A model generated the notes under the pieces. The model was given only the letters and a program-made list of their open reading frames with translations, searched no databases and was not told the DNA's origin. A program made the position numbers and the translations under genes. From Eledone cirrhosa (Eukaryota): a DNA stretch of 64,000 nucleotides. The stretch is from contig OZ024740.1 of assembly GCA_964016885.1 (NCBI GenBank), positions 209,746,001 to 209,810,000 on the forward strand. The letters are read 5' to 3'. Within the stretch, counting starts at the first letter, position 1. Each line of letters opens with the position of its first letter. Shown here piece after piece: positions 15,001-30,000 of this stretch.

Positions 15001-18000
15001 GACTGTCTGTATCTATGTGTGTGAGTGTTTGTGACTGTCTGTATCTATGTGTGTGTGAGTGTGTGTGACTGTCTGTATCTATATGTGTGTGAGTGTGTGT
15101 GACTGTCTGTATCTATGTGTGTGTGTGTGTGACTGTCTGTATATATATGTGTGTGTAAGTGTGACTGTCTCTATCTATGTGTGTGTGAGTGTATGTGACT
15201 GTCTGTACCTATGTGTGTGTGAGTGTGTGTGACTGTCTGTATCTATGTGTGTGTGAGTGTGTGTGACTGTCTGTATCTATGTGTGTCAGTGTGTGTGACT
15301 GTCTGTATCTATGTGTGTGAGTGTGTGTGACTGTCTGTATCAATGTGTGTGAGTGTGTGTGACTGTCTGTATCTATGTGTGTGAGTGTGTGTGACTGTCT
15401 GTATCTATGTGTGTGAGTGTGTGTGACTGTCTGTATCTATATATGTGAGTGTGTGTGACTGTCTGTATCTATGTGTGTGAGTGTGTGTGACTGTCTCTAT
15501 CTATGTGTGTGTGAGTGTGTGTGACTGTCTGTATCTATGTGTGTGAGTGTGTGTGACTGTCTGTATCTATGTCTGTGAGTGTGTGTGACTGTCTGTATCT
15601 ATGTGTGTGAGTGCGTGTGACTGTCTGTATCTATGTGTGTGTGTGTGTGTGACTGTCTGTAACTATATGTGTGAGTGTGTGTGACTGTCTGTATCTATGT
15701 GTGTGTGAGTGTGTGTGACTGTCTGTATCTATGTGTGTGTGTGTGTGTGACTGTCTGTATCTATATGTGTGAGTGTGTGTGACTGTCTGTATCTATGTGT
15801 GTGTGAGTGTGTGTGACTGTCTGTATCTATGTCTGTGAGTGTGTGTGACTGTCTGTATCTATATGTGTGAGTGTGTGTGACTGTCTGTATCTATATGTGT
15901 GTGAGTGTGTGTGACTGTCTGTATCTATGTGTGTGTGAGTGTGTGTGACTGTCTGTATCTATGTGTGTGTGAGTGTGTGTGACTGTCTGTATCTATATGT
16001 GTGTGAGTGTGTGTGACTGTCTGTACCTATGTCTGTGAGTGTGTGTGACTGTCTGTATCTATATGTGTGAGTGTGTGTGACTGTCTGTATCTATATGTGT
16101 GTGAGTGTGTGTGACTGTCTGTATCTATATGTGTGTGAGTGTGTGTGACTGTCTGTATCTATATGTGTGTGAGTGTGTGTGACTGTCTGTATCTATATGT
16201 GTGTGAGTGTGTGTGACTGTCTGTATCTATGTGTGTGTGAGTGTGTGTGACTGTCTGTATCTATGTGTGTGTGTGTGTGTGACTGTCTGTATCTATATGT
16301 GTGAGTGTGTGTGACTGTCTGTATCTATGTGTGTGTGAGTGTGTGTGACTGTCTGTATCTATATGTGTGAGTGTGTGTGACTGTCTGTATCTATGTGTGT
16401 GTGAGTGTGTGTGACTGTCTGTATCTATGTCTGTGAGTGTGTGTGACTGTCTGTATCTATATGTGTGTGAGTGTGTGTGACTGTCTGTATCTATGTCTGT
16501 GAGTGTGTGTGACTGTCTGTATCTATGTGTGTGTGAGTGTGTGTGACTGTCTGTATCTATGTGTGTGTGAGTGTGTGTGACTGTCTGTACCTATGTGTGA
16601 GTGTGTGTGACTGTCTGTATCTATGTGTGTGTGAGTGTGTGTGACTGTCTGTATCTATGTGTGTGTGTGTGTGACTGTCTGTATCTATGTGTGTGTGTGT
16701 GTGACTGTCTGTATCTATGTGTGAGTGTGTGTGACTGTCTCTATCTATGTGTGTGAGTGTGTGTGACTGTCCGTATCTATATGTGTGTGAGTGTGTGTGA
16801 CTGTCTGTATCTATGTGTGTGTGAGTGTGTGTGACTGTCTGTATCTATATTTGTGTGAGTGTGTGTGACTGTCTGTATCTATGTGTGTGTGAGTGTGTGT
16901 GACTGTCTGTATCTATGTGTGTGTGAGTGTGTGTGACTGTCTGTATCTATGTGTGTGAGTGTGTGTGACTGTCTGTATCTATGTGTGTGAGTGTGTGTGA
17001 CTGTCTGTATCTATGTGTGTGTGAGTGTGTGTGACTGTCTGTATCTATGTGTTTGAGTGTGTGACTGTCTGTATCTATGTGTGTGTGAGTGTGTGTGACT
17101 GTCTGTACCTATGTGTGAGTGTGTGTGACTGTCTGTATCTATGTGTGTGTGAGTGTGTGTGACTGTCTGTATCTATATGTGTGAGTGTGTGTGACTGTCT
17201 GTATCTATATGTGTGTGAGTGTGTGTGACTGTCTGTATCTATGTGTGTGTGAGTGTGTGTGACTGTCTGTATCTATATGTGTGTGAGTGTGTGTGACTGT
17301 CTGTATCTATATGTGTGTGAGTGTGTGTGACTGTCTGTATCTATGTGTGTGTGAGTGTGTGTGACTGTCTGTATCTATGTGTGTGTGTGTGTGTGACTGT
17401 CTGTATCTATATGTGTGAGTGTGTGTGACTGTCTGTATCTATGTCTGTGAGTGTGTGTGACTGTCTGTATCTATATGTGTGAGTGTGTGTGACTGTCTGT
17501 ATCTATATGTGTGTGAGTGTGTGTGACTGTCTGTATCTATGTGTGTGTGAGTGTGTGTGACTGTCTGTATCTATATTTGTGTGAGTGTGTGTGACTGTCT
17601 GTATCTATGTGTGTGTGAGTGTGTGTGACTGTCTGTATCTATGTGTGTGTGAGTGTGTGTGACTGTCTGTATCTATGTGTGTGAGTGTGTGTGACTGTCT
17701 GTATCTATGTGTGTGAGTGTGTGTGACTCTGTATCTATGTGTTTGAGTGTGTGACTGTCTGTATCTATGTGTGTGTGAGTGTGTGTGACTGTCTGTACCT
17801 ATGTGTGAGTGTGTGTGACTGTCTGTATCTATGTGTGTGTGAGTGTGTGTGAGTGTCTGTATCTATGTGAGTGAGTGTGTGTGACTCTCTGTATCTATGT
17901 GTATGTGAGTGTGTGTGACTGTCTGTATCTATGTGTGTGAGTGTGTGTGACTGTCTGTATCTATGTGTGTGTGAGTGTGTGTGACTGTCTGTATCTATGT

Positions 18001-21000
18001 GTGTGAGTGTGTGTGACTGTCTGTATCTATGTGTGTGAGTGTGTGTGACTGTCTGTATCTATGTGTGTGTGAGTGTGTGTGACTGTCTGTATCTATGTGT
18101 GTGAGTGTGTGTGACTGTCTGTATCTATGTGTGTGTGAGTGTGTGTGACTGTCTGTATCTATGTATGTGTGAGTGTGTGTGACTGTCTTTATCTATGTGT
18201 GTGTGAGTGTGTGTGACTGTCTGTATCTATGTGTGTGAGTGGGTGTGACTGTCTGTATCTATGTGTGTGTGAGTGTGTGTGGCTGTCTGTATCTATATGT
18301 GTGTGAGTGTGTGTGACTGTTTGTATCTATGTGTGTGTGAGTGTGTGTGACTGTCTGTATCTACGTGTGTGAGTGTGTGTGACTGTCTGTATCTATGTGT
18401 GTGTGAGTGTGTGTGACTGTTTGTATCTATGTGTGAGTGTGTGTGACTGTCTGTATCTATGTTTGTGAGTGTGTGTGACTGACTGTATCTATGTGTGTGT
18501 GAGTGTGTGTGACTGTCTGTATCTATGTGTGTGTGAGTGTGTGTGACTGTCTGTATCTATGTGTGTGAGTGTGTGTGACTGTCTGTATCTATGTGTGTGT
18601 GAGTGTGTGTGACTATCTGTATCTATGTGAGTGTGTGTGACTGTCTGTATCTATGTGTGTGTGAGTGTGTGTGACTGCCTGTATCTATGTGAGTGTGTGT
18701 GACTGTCTGTATCTATGTGTGTGTGAGTGTGTGTGACTGTCTGTATCTATGTGTGTGAGTGTGTGTGACTGTCTGTATCTATGTGTGTGAGTGTGTGTGA
18801 CTGTCTGTATCTATGTGTGTGTGAGTGTGTGTGACTGTCTGTATCTATGTGTTTGAGTGTGTGACTGTCTGTATCTATGTGTGTGTGAGTGTGTGTGACT
18901 GTCTGTACCTATGTGTGAGTGTGTGTGACTGTCTGTATCTATGTGTGTGTGAGTGTGTGTGACTGTCTGTATCTATATGTGTGAGTGTGTGTGACTGTCT
19001 GTATCTATGTGTGTGTGAGTGTGTGTGACTGTCTGTATCTATATGTGTGAGTGTGTGTGACTGTCTGTATCTATGTGTGTGTGTGTGTGTGACTGTCTGT
19101 ATCTATGTGTGTGTGAGTGTGTGTGACTGTCTGTATCTATGTGTGTGTGAGTGTGTGTGACTGTCTGTATCTATGTGTGTGAGTGTGTGTGACTGTCTGT
19201 ATCTATGTGTGTGAGTGTGTGTGACTGTCTGTATCTATGTGTGTGTGAGTGTGTGTGACTGTCTGTATCTATGTGTTTGAGTGTGTGACTGTCTGTATCT
19301 ATGTGTGTGTGAGTGTGTGTGACTGTCTGTATCTATATGTGTGTGAGTGTGTGTGACTGTCTGTATCTATGTGTGTGTGAGTGTGTGTGACTGTCTGTAT
19401 CTATATGTGTGTGAGTGTGTGTGACTGTCTGTATCTATATGTGTGTGAGTGTGTGTGACTGTCTGTATCTATGTGTGTGTGAGTGTGTGTGACTGTCTGT
19501 ATCTATGTGTGTGTGTGTGTGTGACTGTCTGTATCTATGTGTGTGTGAGTGTGTGTGACTGTCTGTATCTATGTCTGTGAGTGTGTGTGACTGTCTGTAT
19601 CTATATGTGTGAGTGTGTGTGACTGTCTGTATCTATATGTGTGTGAGTGTGTGTGACTGTCTGTATCTATGTGTGTGTGAGTGTGTGTGACTGTCTGTAT
19701 CTATATTTGTGTGAGTGTGTGTGACTGTCTGTATCTATGTGTGTGTGAGTGTGTGTGACTGTCTGTATCTATGTGTGTGTGAGTGTGTGTGACTGTCTGT
19801 ATCTATGTGTGTGAGTGTGTGTGACTGTCTGTATCTATGTGTGTGAGTGTGTGTGACTGTCTGTATCTATGTGTTTGAGTGTGTGACTGTCTGTATCTAT
19901 GTGTGTGTGAGTGTGTGTGACTGTCTGTACCTATGTGTGAGTGTGTGTGACTGTCTGTATCTATGTGTGTGTGAGTGTGTGTGAGTGTCTGTATCTATGT
20001 GAGTGAGTGTGTGTGACTCTCTGTATCTATGTGTATGTGAGTGTGTGTGACTGTCTGTATCTATGTGTGTGAGTGTGTGTGACTGTCTGTATCTATGTGT
20101 GTGTGAGTGTGTGTGACTGTCTGTATCTATGTGTGTGAGTGTGTGTGACTGTCTGTATCTATGTGTGTGAGTGTGTGTGACTGTCTGTATCTATGTGTGT
20201 GTGAGTGTGTGTGACTGTCTGTATCTATGTATGTGTGAGTGTGTGTGACTGTCTTTATCTATGTGTGTGTGAGTGTGTGTGACTGTCTGTATCTATGTGT
20301 GTGAGTGGGTGTGACTGTCTGTATCTATGTGTGTGTGAGTGTGTGTGGCTGTCTGTATCTATATGTGTGTGAGTGTGTGTGACTGTTTGTATCTATGTGT
20401 GTGTGAGTGTGTGTGACTGTCTGTATCTACGTGTGTGAGTGTGTGTGACTGTCTGTATCTATGTGTGTGTGAGTGTGTGTGACTGTTTGTATCTATGTGT
20501 GAGTGTGTGTGACTGTCTGTATCTATGTGTGTGTGACTGTCTGTATCTATGTTTGTGAGTGTGTGTGACTGACTGTATCTATGTGTGTGTGAGTGTGTGT
20601 GACTGTCTGTATCTATGTGTGTGTGAGTGTGTGTGACTGTCTGTATCTATGTGTGTGGGTGTGTGTGACTGTCTGTATCTATGTGTGTGTGAGTGTGTGT
20701 GACTATCTGTATCTATGTGAGTGTGTGTGACTGTCTGTATCTATGTGTGTGTGAGTGTGTGTGACTGCCTGTATCTATGTGAGTGTGTGTGACTGTCTGT
20801 ATCTATGTGTGTGTGAGTGTGTGTGACTGTCTGTATCTATGTGAGTGTGTGTGAATGTCTGTATCTATGTGTGTGTGAGTGGGTGTGACTGTCTGTATCT
20901 ATGTGTGTGTGAGTGTGTGTGACTGTCTGTATCTATGTGTGTGAGTGTGTGTGACTGTCTGTATCTATGTGTGTGTGAGTGTGTGTGACTGTCTGTATCG

Positions 21001-24000
21001 ATGTGTGTGTGAGTGTGTGTGACTGTCTGTATCTATGTGTGTGAGTGTGTGTGACTGTCTGTATCTATATGTGGGTGAGTGTGTGTGACTGTCTGTATCT
21101 ATGTGTGTGAGTGTGTGTGACTGTCTGTATCTATATGTGGGTGAGTGTGTGTGACTGTCTGTATCTATATGTGGGTGAGTGTGTGTGACTGTCTGTATCT
21201 ATGTGTGTGAGTGTGTGTGACTGTCTGTATCTATATGTGGGTGAGTGTGTGTGAATGTCTGTATCTACATGTGGGTGAGTGTGTGTGACTGTCTGTATCT
21301 ACGTGTGTGTGAGTGTGTGTGACTGTCTGTATCTATATGTGGGTGAGTGTGTGTGACTGTCTGTATCTATGTGTGTGAGTGTGTGTGACTGTCTGTATCT
21401 ATGTGTGTGAGTGTATGTGACTGTCTGTATCTATGTGTGTGAGTGTGTGTGACTGTCTATATCTATGTGTGTGAGTGTGCGTGACTGTCTCTATCTATGT
21501 GTGTGAGTGTGTGTGACTGTCTGTATCTATGTGTGTGTGACTGTCTGTATCTATGTGTGTGAGTGTGTGTGACTGTCTCTATCTATGTGTGTGAGTGTGT
21601 ATGACTGTCTGTATCTATGTGTGTGTGAGTGTGTGTGACTGTCTGTATCTATGTGTGTGAGTGTGTGACTGTCTGTATCTATGTGTGTGAGTGTGTGTGA
21701 CTGTCTGTATCTATGTGTGTGAGTGTGTGTGACTGTCTGTATCTATGTGTGAGTGTGTGTGACTGTCTCTATCTATGTGTGTGAGTGTGTGTGACTGTCT
21801 GTATCTATATTTGTGTGAGTGTGTGTGACTGTCTGTATCTATGTGTGTGTGAGTGTGTGTGACTGTCTGTATCTATGTGTGTGTGAGTGTGTGTGACTGT
21901 CTGTATCTATGTGAGTGTGTGTGACTGTCTGTATCTATGTGTGTGTGAGTGGGTGTGACTGTCTGTATCTATGTGTGTGTGAGTGTGTGTGACTGTCTGT
22001 ATCTATGTGTGTGAGTGTGTGTGACTGTCTGTATCTATGTGTGTGTGAGTGTGTGTGACTGTCTGTATCTATGTGAGTGTGTGTGACTGTCTGTATCTAT
22101 GTGTGTGAGTGTGTGTGACTGTCTGTATCTATATGTGGGTGAGTGTGTGACTGTCTGTATCTATGTGTGTGAGTGTGTGTGACTGTCTGTATCTATATGT
22201 GGGTGAGTGTGTGTGACTGTCTGTATCTATATGTGGGTGAGTGTGTGTGACTGTCTGTATCTATGTGTGTGAGTGTGTGTGACTGTCTGTATCTATATGT
22301 GGGTGAGTGTGTGTGACTGTCTGTATCTATATGTGGGTGAGTGTGTGTGACTGTCTGTATCTACGTGTGTGTGAGTGTGTGTGACTGTCTGTATCTATAT
22401 GTGGGTGAGTGTGTGTGATTGTCTGTATCTATGTGTGTGAGTGTGTGTGACTGTCTGTATCTATGTGTGTGAGTGTATGTGACTGTCTGTATCTATGTGT
22501 GTGAGTGTGTGTGACTGTCTGTATCTATGTGTGTGAGTGTGCGTGACTGTCTCTATCTATGTGTGTGAGTGTGTGTGACTGTCTGTATCTATATGTGTGT
22601 GACTGTCTGTATCTATGTGTGTGAGTGTGTGTGACGGTCTCTATCTATGTGTGTGAGTGTGTATGACTGTCTGTATCTATGTGTGTGTGAGTGTGTGTGA
22701 CTGTCTGTATCTATGTGTGTGAGTGTGTGACTGTCTGTATCTATGTGTGTGAGTGAGTGTGACTGTCTGTATCTATGTGTGTGAGTGTGTGTGACTGTCT
22801 GTATCTATGTGTGAGTGTGTGTGACTGTCTCTATCTATGTGTGTGAGTGTGTGTGACTGTCTGTATCTATATGTGTGTGAGTGTGTGTGACTGTCTGTAT
22901 ATATGTGTGTGTGAGTGTGTGTGACTGTCTGTATCTATATTTGTGTGAGTGTGAGTGACTGTCTGTATCTATGTGTGTGTGAGTGTGTGTGACTGTCTGT
23001 ATCTATGTGTGTGTGAGTGTGTGTGACTGTCTGTATCTATGTATGTGAGTGTGTGTGACTGTCTGTATCTATGTGTATGTGAGTGTGTGTGACTGTCTGT
23101 ATCTATGTGTGTGTGAGTGTGTGTGACTGTCTGTATCTATGTGTGTGAGTGTGTGCGACTGTCTGTATCTATGTGTATGTGAGGGTGTCTGTCTGTATCT
23201 ATGTGTGTGTGAGTGTGTGAGTGTGTGTGACTGTCTGTATATATGTGTGTGTGAGTGTGACCGTCTGTATCTGTGTGTGTGAGTGTGTGTGACTGTCTGT
23301 ATCAATGTGTGTGTGAGTGTGTGTGGCTGTCTGTATCTATGTGTGTGTGAGTGTGTGTGACTGTCTGTACCTATGTGTGTGTGAGTGTGTGTGACTCCCT
23401 GTATCAATGTGTGTGTGAGTGTGTGTGGCTGTCTGTATCTAAGTGTGTGTGACTGTCTGTATCTATGTGTGAGTGTGTGTGACTGTCTGTATCTATTTGT
23501 GTGTGAGTGTGTGTGACTGCCTGTATCTATGTATGTGTGAGTGTGTGTGACTGTCTGTATCTATGTGTGTGTGAGTGTGTGTGACTGTCTGTATCTATGT
23601 GTGTGTGAGTGTGTGTGACTGTCTGTATCTATATGTGTGTGAGTGTGTATGACTGTCTGTATCTATGTGTGTGTGAGTGTGTGTGACTGTCTGTATCTAT
23701 GTGTGTGTGAGTGTGTGTGACTGTCTGTATCTATATGTGTGTGAGTGTGTGTGACTGTCTGTAACTATGTGTGTGAGTGTGTGTGACTGTCTGTATCTAT
23801 GTGTGTGTGAGCGTTTGTGACTGTCTGTATCTATATGTGTGTGAGTGTGTGTCACTGTCTGTATCTATGTGTGTGTGAGTGTGTGTGACTGTCTGTATCT
23901 ATATGTGGGTGAGTGTGTGTGACTGTCTGTAGCTATGTGTGAGTGTGTGTGACTGTCTGTATCTATGTGTGTGTGAGTGTGTGTGACTGTCTGTATCTAT

Positions 24001-27000
24001 GTGTGTGACTGTCTGTATCTATGTGTGTGTGAGTGTGTGTGACTGTCTGTATCTATGTGTGACTGTGTGTCACTGTCTGTATCTATGTGTGTGTGAGTGT
24101 GTGTGACTGTCTGTATCTATATGTGTGTCAGTGTGTGTGACTGTCTGTACCTATGTGTGTGTGTGTGTGACTGTCTGTATCTATGTGTGTGTGACTGTCT
24201 CTATCTATGTGTGTGTGAGTGTGTGTGACTGTCTGTATGTATGTATGTGTGTGAGTGTGTGTGACTGTCTGTATCTATGTGTGTGTGACTGTCTCTATCT
24301 ATGTGTGTGTGAGTGTGTGTGACTGTCTGTATCTATGTGTGTGTGTGAGTGTGTGTGACTGTCTGTATCTATGTGTGTCAGTGTGTGTGACTGTCTGTAT
24401 CTATGTATGTGTGTGAGTGTGTGTGACTGTCTGTATCTATGTTTGTGAGTGTGTGTGACTGACTGTATCTATGTGTGTGTGAGTGTGTGTGACTGTCTGT
24501 ATCTATGTGTGTGTGAGTGTGTGTGACTGTCTGTATCTATGTGAGTGAGTGTGTGTGACTATTTGTATCTACGTGTGTGTGAGTGTGTGTGACTGTCTGT
24601 ATCTATATGTGTGTGAGTGTGTGTGACTGTCTGTATCTATGTGTGAGTGTGTGTGACTGTCTGTACCTATGTGTGTGTGAGTATGTGTGACTGTCTGTAT
24701 CTATGTGTGTGTGAGTGTGACTGTCTGTATCTATGTGTGTGTGAGTGTGTGTGACTGTCTGTATCTATGTGTGTGTGAGTACGTGTGACTGTCTCTATCT
24801 ATGTGTGTGTGAGTGTGTGTGACTGTCTGTATCTATGTGTGTGTGAGTGTGTGTGACTGTCTGTATCTATGTGTGTGTGAGTGTGTGTGACTGTCTGTAT
24901 CTATGTGTGAGTGTGTGTGACTGTCTGTATCTATGTGTGAGTGTGTGTGACTGTCTGTACCTATGTGTGTGTGAGTGTGTGTGACTGTCTGCATCTATGT
25001 GTGAGTGTGTGTGACTGTCTGTACCTATGTGTGTGTGAGTGTGTGTGACTGTCTGTATCTATGTGTGAGTGTGTGTGACTGTTTGTATCTATGTGTGTGT
25101 GAGTGTGTGTGACTGCCTGTATCTATGTGTGTGTGAGTGTGTGTGGCTGTCTGTATGTATGTGTGTGACTGTCTGTATCTATGTGTGTGTGAGTGTGTGT
25201 GACTGTCTGTATTTATGTGTGTGTGAGTGTGTGTGAATGTCTGTATCTATATGTGTGTGAATGCGTCTGACTGTCTGTATCTATGTGTGTGTGTGTGTGT
25301 GACTGTCTGTATCTATGTGTGAGTGAGTGTGTGTGACTGTCTGTATCTATATGTGTGTGAGTGTGTGTGACTGTCTGTATCTATGTGTGAGTGAGTGTGT
25401 GTGACTGTCTGTATCTATATGTGTGTGAGTGTGTGTGACTGTCTGTATCTATGTGTGTGTAAGTGTGTGTGACTGTCTGTATCTATATGTGTGTGAGTGT
25501 GTGTGACTGTCTGTATCTATGTGTGTGTGTGTGTGACTGTCTGTATCTATGTGTGTGTGTGTGTGTGTGTGACTGTCTGTATCTATGTGTGAGTGAGTGT
25601 GTGTGACTGTCTGTATCTATATGTGTGTGAGTGTGTGTGACTGTCGGTATCTATGTGTGTGTGAGTGTGTGTGACTGTCTGTATCTATATGTGTGTGAGT
25701 GTGTGTGACTGTCTGTATCTATGTGTGTGTGAGTGTGTGTGACTGTCTGCATCTATGTGTGTGTGAGTGTGTGTGACTGTCTGTATCTATGTGTGTGAGT
25801 GTGTGTGACTGTCTGTATCTATGTGTGTGTGTGAGTGTGTGTGACTGTCTGTAGCTATGTGTGTGTGAGTGTGTGTGACTGTCTGTATCTATGTGTGTGT
25901 GAGTGTGTGTGACTGTCTGTATCAATGTGTGTGAGTGTGTGTGACTGTCCGTAGCTATGTGTGTGAGTGGGTGTGACTGTCTGTATCTATGTGTGTGTGA
26001 GTGTGTGTGACTGTCTGTATCTATATGTGTGTGAGTGTGTGTGACTGTCTGTATCTATGTGTGAGTGTGTGTGACTGTCTGTACCTATGTGTGTGTGAGT
26101 ATGTGTGACTGTCTGTATCTATGTGTGTGTGACTGTCTGTATCTATGTGTGTGTGAGTGTGACTGTCTGTATCTATGTGTGTGTGAGTGTGTGTGACTGT
26201 CTGTATCTATGTGTGTGTGAGTACGTGTGACTGTCTGTATCTATGTGTGTGTGAGTGTGTGTGACTGTCTGTATCTATGTGTGTGTGAGTGTGTGTGACT
26301 GTCTGTATCTATGTGTGTGTGAGTGTGTGTGACTGTCTGTATCTATGTGTGAGTGTGTGTGACTGTCTGTATCTATGTGTGAGTGTGTGTGACTGTCTGT
26401 ATCTATGTGTGAGTGGTGTGTGACTGTCTGTACCTATGTGTGTGTGAGTGTGTGTGACTGTCTGTATCTATGTGTGAGTGTGTGTGACTGTTTGTATCTA
26501 TGTGTGTGTGAGTGTGTGTGACTGCCTGTATCTATGTGTGTGTGAGTGTGTGTGGCTGTCTGTATCTATGTGTGTGAGTGTGTGTGACTGTCTGTATCTA
26601 TGTGTGTGTGAGTGTGTGTGACTGTCTGTATCTATGTGGGTGTGAGTGTGTGTGAATGTCTGTATCTATATGTGTGTGTGAATGTGTCTGACTGTCTGTA
26701 TCTATGTGTGTGTGTGTGTGTGACTGTCTGTATCTATGTGTGAGTGAGTGTGTGTGACTGTCTGTATCTATATGTGTGTGAGTGTGTGTGACTGTCTGTA
26801 TCTATGTGTGAGTGAGTGTGTGTGACTGTCTGTATCTATATGTGTGTGAGTGTGTGTGACTGTCTGTATCTATGTGTGTGTGAGTGTGTGTGACTGTCTG
26901 TATCTATATGTGTGTGAGTGTGTGTGACTGTCTGTATCTATGTGTGTGTGTGTGACTGTCTGTATCTATGTGTGTGTGTGTGTGTGACTGTCTGTATCTA

Positions 27001-30000
27001 TGTGTGAGTGAGTGTGTGTGACTGTCTGTATCTATATGTGTGTGAGTGTGTGTGACTGTCGGTATCTATGTGTGTGTGAGTGTGTGTGACTGTCTGTATC
27101 TATATGTGTGTGAGTGTGTGTGACTGTCTGTATCTATATGTGTGTGGGTGTGTGTGGCTGTCTGTATCTAATGTGTGTGAGTGTGTGTGACTGTCTGTAT
27201 CTATGTGTGAGTGTGTGTGAGTGTGTGTGACTGCCTGTATCTATGTATGTGTGAGTGTGTGTGACTGTCTGTATCTATGTGTGTGTGAGTGTGTGTGACT
27301 GTCTGTATCTATGTGTGTGTGAGTGTGTGTGACTGTCTGTATCTATATGTGTGTGAGTGTGTATGACTGTCTGTATCTATGTGTGTGTGAGTGTGTGTGA
27401 CTGTCTGTATCTATGTGTGTGTGAGTGTGTGTGACTGTCTGTATCTATGTGTGTGTGAGTGTGTGACTGTCTGTATCTATGTGTGTGTGAGAGTGTGTGA
27501 CTGTCTGTATCTATATGTGTGTGTGAGTGTGTGTGACTGTCTGTATCTATGTGTGTGTGAGTGTGTGTGACTGTCTGTATCTATGTGTGTGTGTCACTGT
27601 GTGTATCTATGTGTGTGTGAGTGTGTGTGACTGTCTGTATCTATATGTGTGTGTGAGTGTGTGTGACTGTCTGTATCTATGTGTGTGTGACTGTGTGTCA
27701 CTGTCTGTATCTATGTGTGTGTGAGTGTGTGTGACTGTCTGTATCTATTTGTGTGCGAGTGTGTGTCACTGTCTGTATATATGTGTGTGTGAGTGTGTGT
27801 GACTGTCTGTATCTATATGTGGGTGAGTGTGTGTGACTGTCTGTATCTATGTGTGAGTGTGTGTGACTGTCTGTATCTATGTGTGTGAGTGTGTGTGACT
27901 GTCTGTATCTATGTGTGTGTGAGTGTGTGTGACTGTCGGTATCTATGTGTGTGTGAGTGTGTGTGACTGTCTGTCCCTATGTGTGTGTGTGTGTATGACT
28001 GTCTGTATCTATGTGTGTGTGAGTGTGTGTGACTGTCGGTATCTATGTGTGTGTGAGTGTGTGTGACTGTCTGTATCTATGTGTGTGTGACTGTGTGTGA
28101 CTGTCTGTATCTATGTGTGTGTGAGTGTGTGTAACTGTCTGTATCTATGTGTGTGTGAGTGTCTGTAACTGTTTGTATCTATGTGTGTGAGTGTGTGTGA
28201 CTGTCTGTATCTATATGTATGTGAGTGTGTGTGACTGTCTGTATCTATGTGTGTGACTGTCTGTATCTATGTGTGTGTGAGTGTGTGTGACTGTCTGTAT
28301 CTATGTGTGTGTGACTGTGTGTCACTGTCTGTATCTATGTGTGTGTGAGTGTGTGTGACTGTCTGTATCTATATGTGTGTGAGTGTGTGTCACTGTCTGT
28401 ATCTATGTGTGTGTGAGTGTGTGTGACTGTCTGTATCTATATGTGGGTGAGTGTGTGTGACTGTCTGTATCTATGTGTGAGTGTGTGTGACTGTCTGTAT
28501 CTATGTGTGTGTGAGTGTGTGTGACTGTCTGTATCTATGTGTGTGACTGTCTGTATCTATGTGTGTGTGAGTGTGTGTGACTGTCTGTATCTATGTGTGT
28601 GTGACTGTGTGTCACTGTCTGTATCTATGTGTGTGTGAGTGTGTGTGACTGTCTGTATCTATATGTGTGTCAGTGTGTGTGACTGTCTGTACCTATGTGT
28701 GTGTGTGTGTGACTGTCTGTATCTATGTGTGTGTGACTGTCTCTATCTATGTGTGTGTGAGTGTGTGTGACTGTCTGTATGTATGTATGTGTGTGAGTGT
28801 GTGTGACTGTCTGTATCTATGTGTGTGTGACTGTCTCTATCTATGTGTGTGTGAGTGTGTGTGACTGTCTGTATCTATGTGTGTGTGTGAGTGTGTGTGA
28901 CTGTCTGTATCTATGTGTGTCAGTGTGTGTGACTGTCTGTATCTATGTATGTGTGTGAGTGTGTGTGACTGTCTGTATCTATGTTTGTGAGTGTGTGTGA
29001 CTGACTGTATCTATGTGTGTGTGAGTGTGTGTGACTGTCTGTATCTATGTGTGTGTGAGTGTGTGTGACTGTCTGTATCTATGTGAGTGAGTGTGTGTGA
29101 CTATTTGTATCTACGTGTGTGTGAGTGTGTGTGACTGTCTGTATCTATGTGTGTGTGAGTGTGTGTGACTGTCTGTATCTATATGTGTGTGAGTGTGTGT
29201 GACTGTCTGTATCTATGTGTGAGTGTGTGTGACTGTCTGTACCTATGTGTGTGTGAGTATGTGTGACTGTCTGTATCTATGTGTGTGTGAGTGTGACTGT
29301 CTGTATCTATGTGTGTGTGAGTGTGTGTGACTGTCTGTATCTATGTGTGTGTGAGTACGTGTGACTGTCTCTATCTATGTGTGTGTGAGTGTGTGTGACT
29401 GTCTGTATCTATGTGTGTGTGAGTGTGTGTGACTGTCTGTATCTATGTGTGTGTGAGTGTGTGTGACTGTCTGTATCTATGTGTGAGTGTGTGTGACTGT
29501 CTGTATCTATGTGTGAGTGTGTGTGACTGTCTGTACCTATGTGTGTGTGAGTGTGTGTGACTGTCTGCATCTATGTGTGAGTGTGTGTGACTGTCTGTAC
29601 CTATGTGTGTGTGAGTGTGTGTGACTGTCTGTATCTATGTGTGAGTGTGTGTGACTGTTTGTATCTATGTGTGTGTGAGTGTGTGTGACTGCCTGTATCT
29701 ATGTGTGTGTGAGTGTGTGTGGCTGTCTGTATGTATGTGTGTGACTGTCTGTATCTATGTGTGTGTGAGTGTGTGTGACTGTCTGTATTTATGTGTGTGT
29801 GAGTGTGTGTGAATGTCTGTATCTATATGTGTGTGAATGCGTCTGACTGTCTGTATCTATGTGTGTGTGTGTGTGTGACTGTCTGTATCTATGTGTGAGT
29901 GAGTGTGTGTGACTGTCTGTATCTATATGTGTGTGAGTGTGTGTGACTGTCTGTATCTATGTGTGAGTGAGTGTGTGTGACTGTCTGTATCTATATGTGT

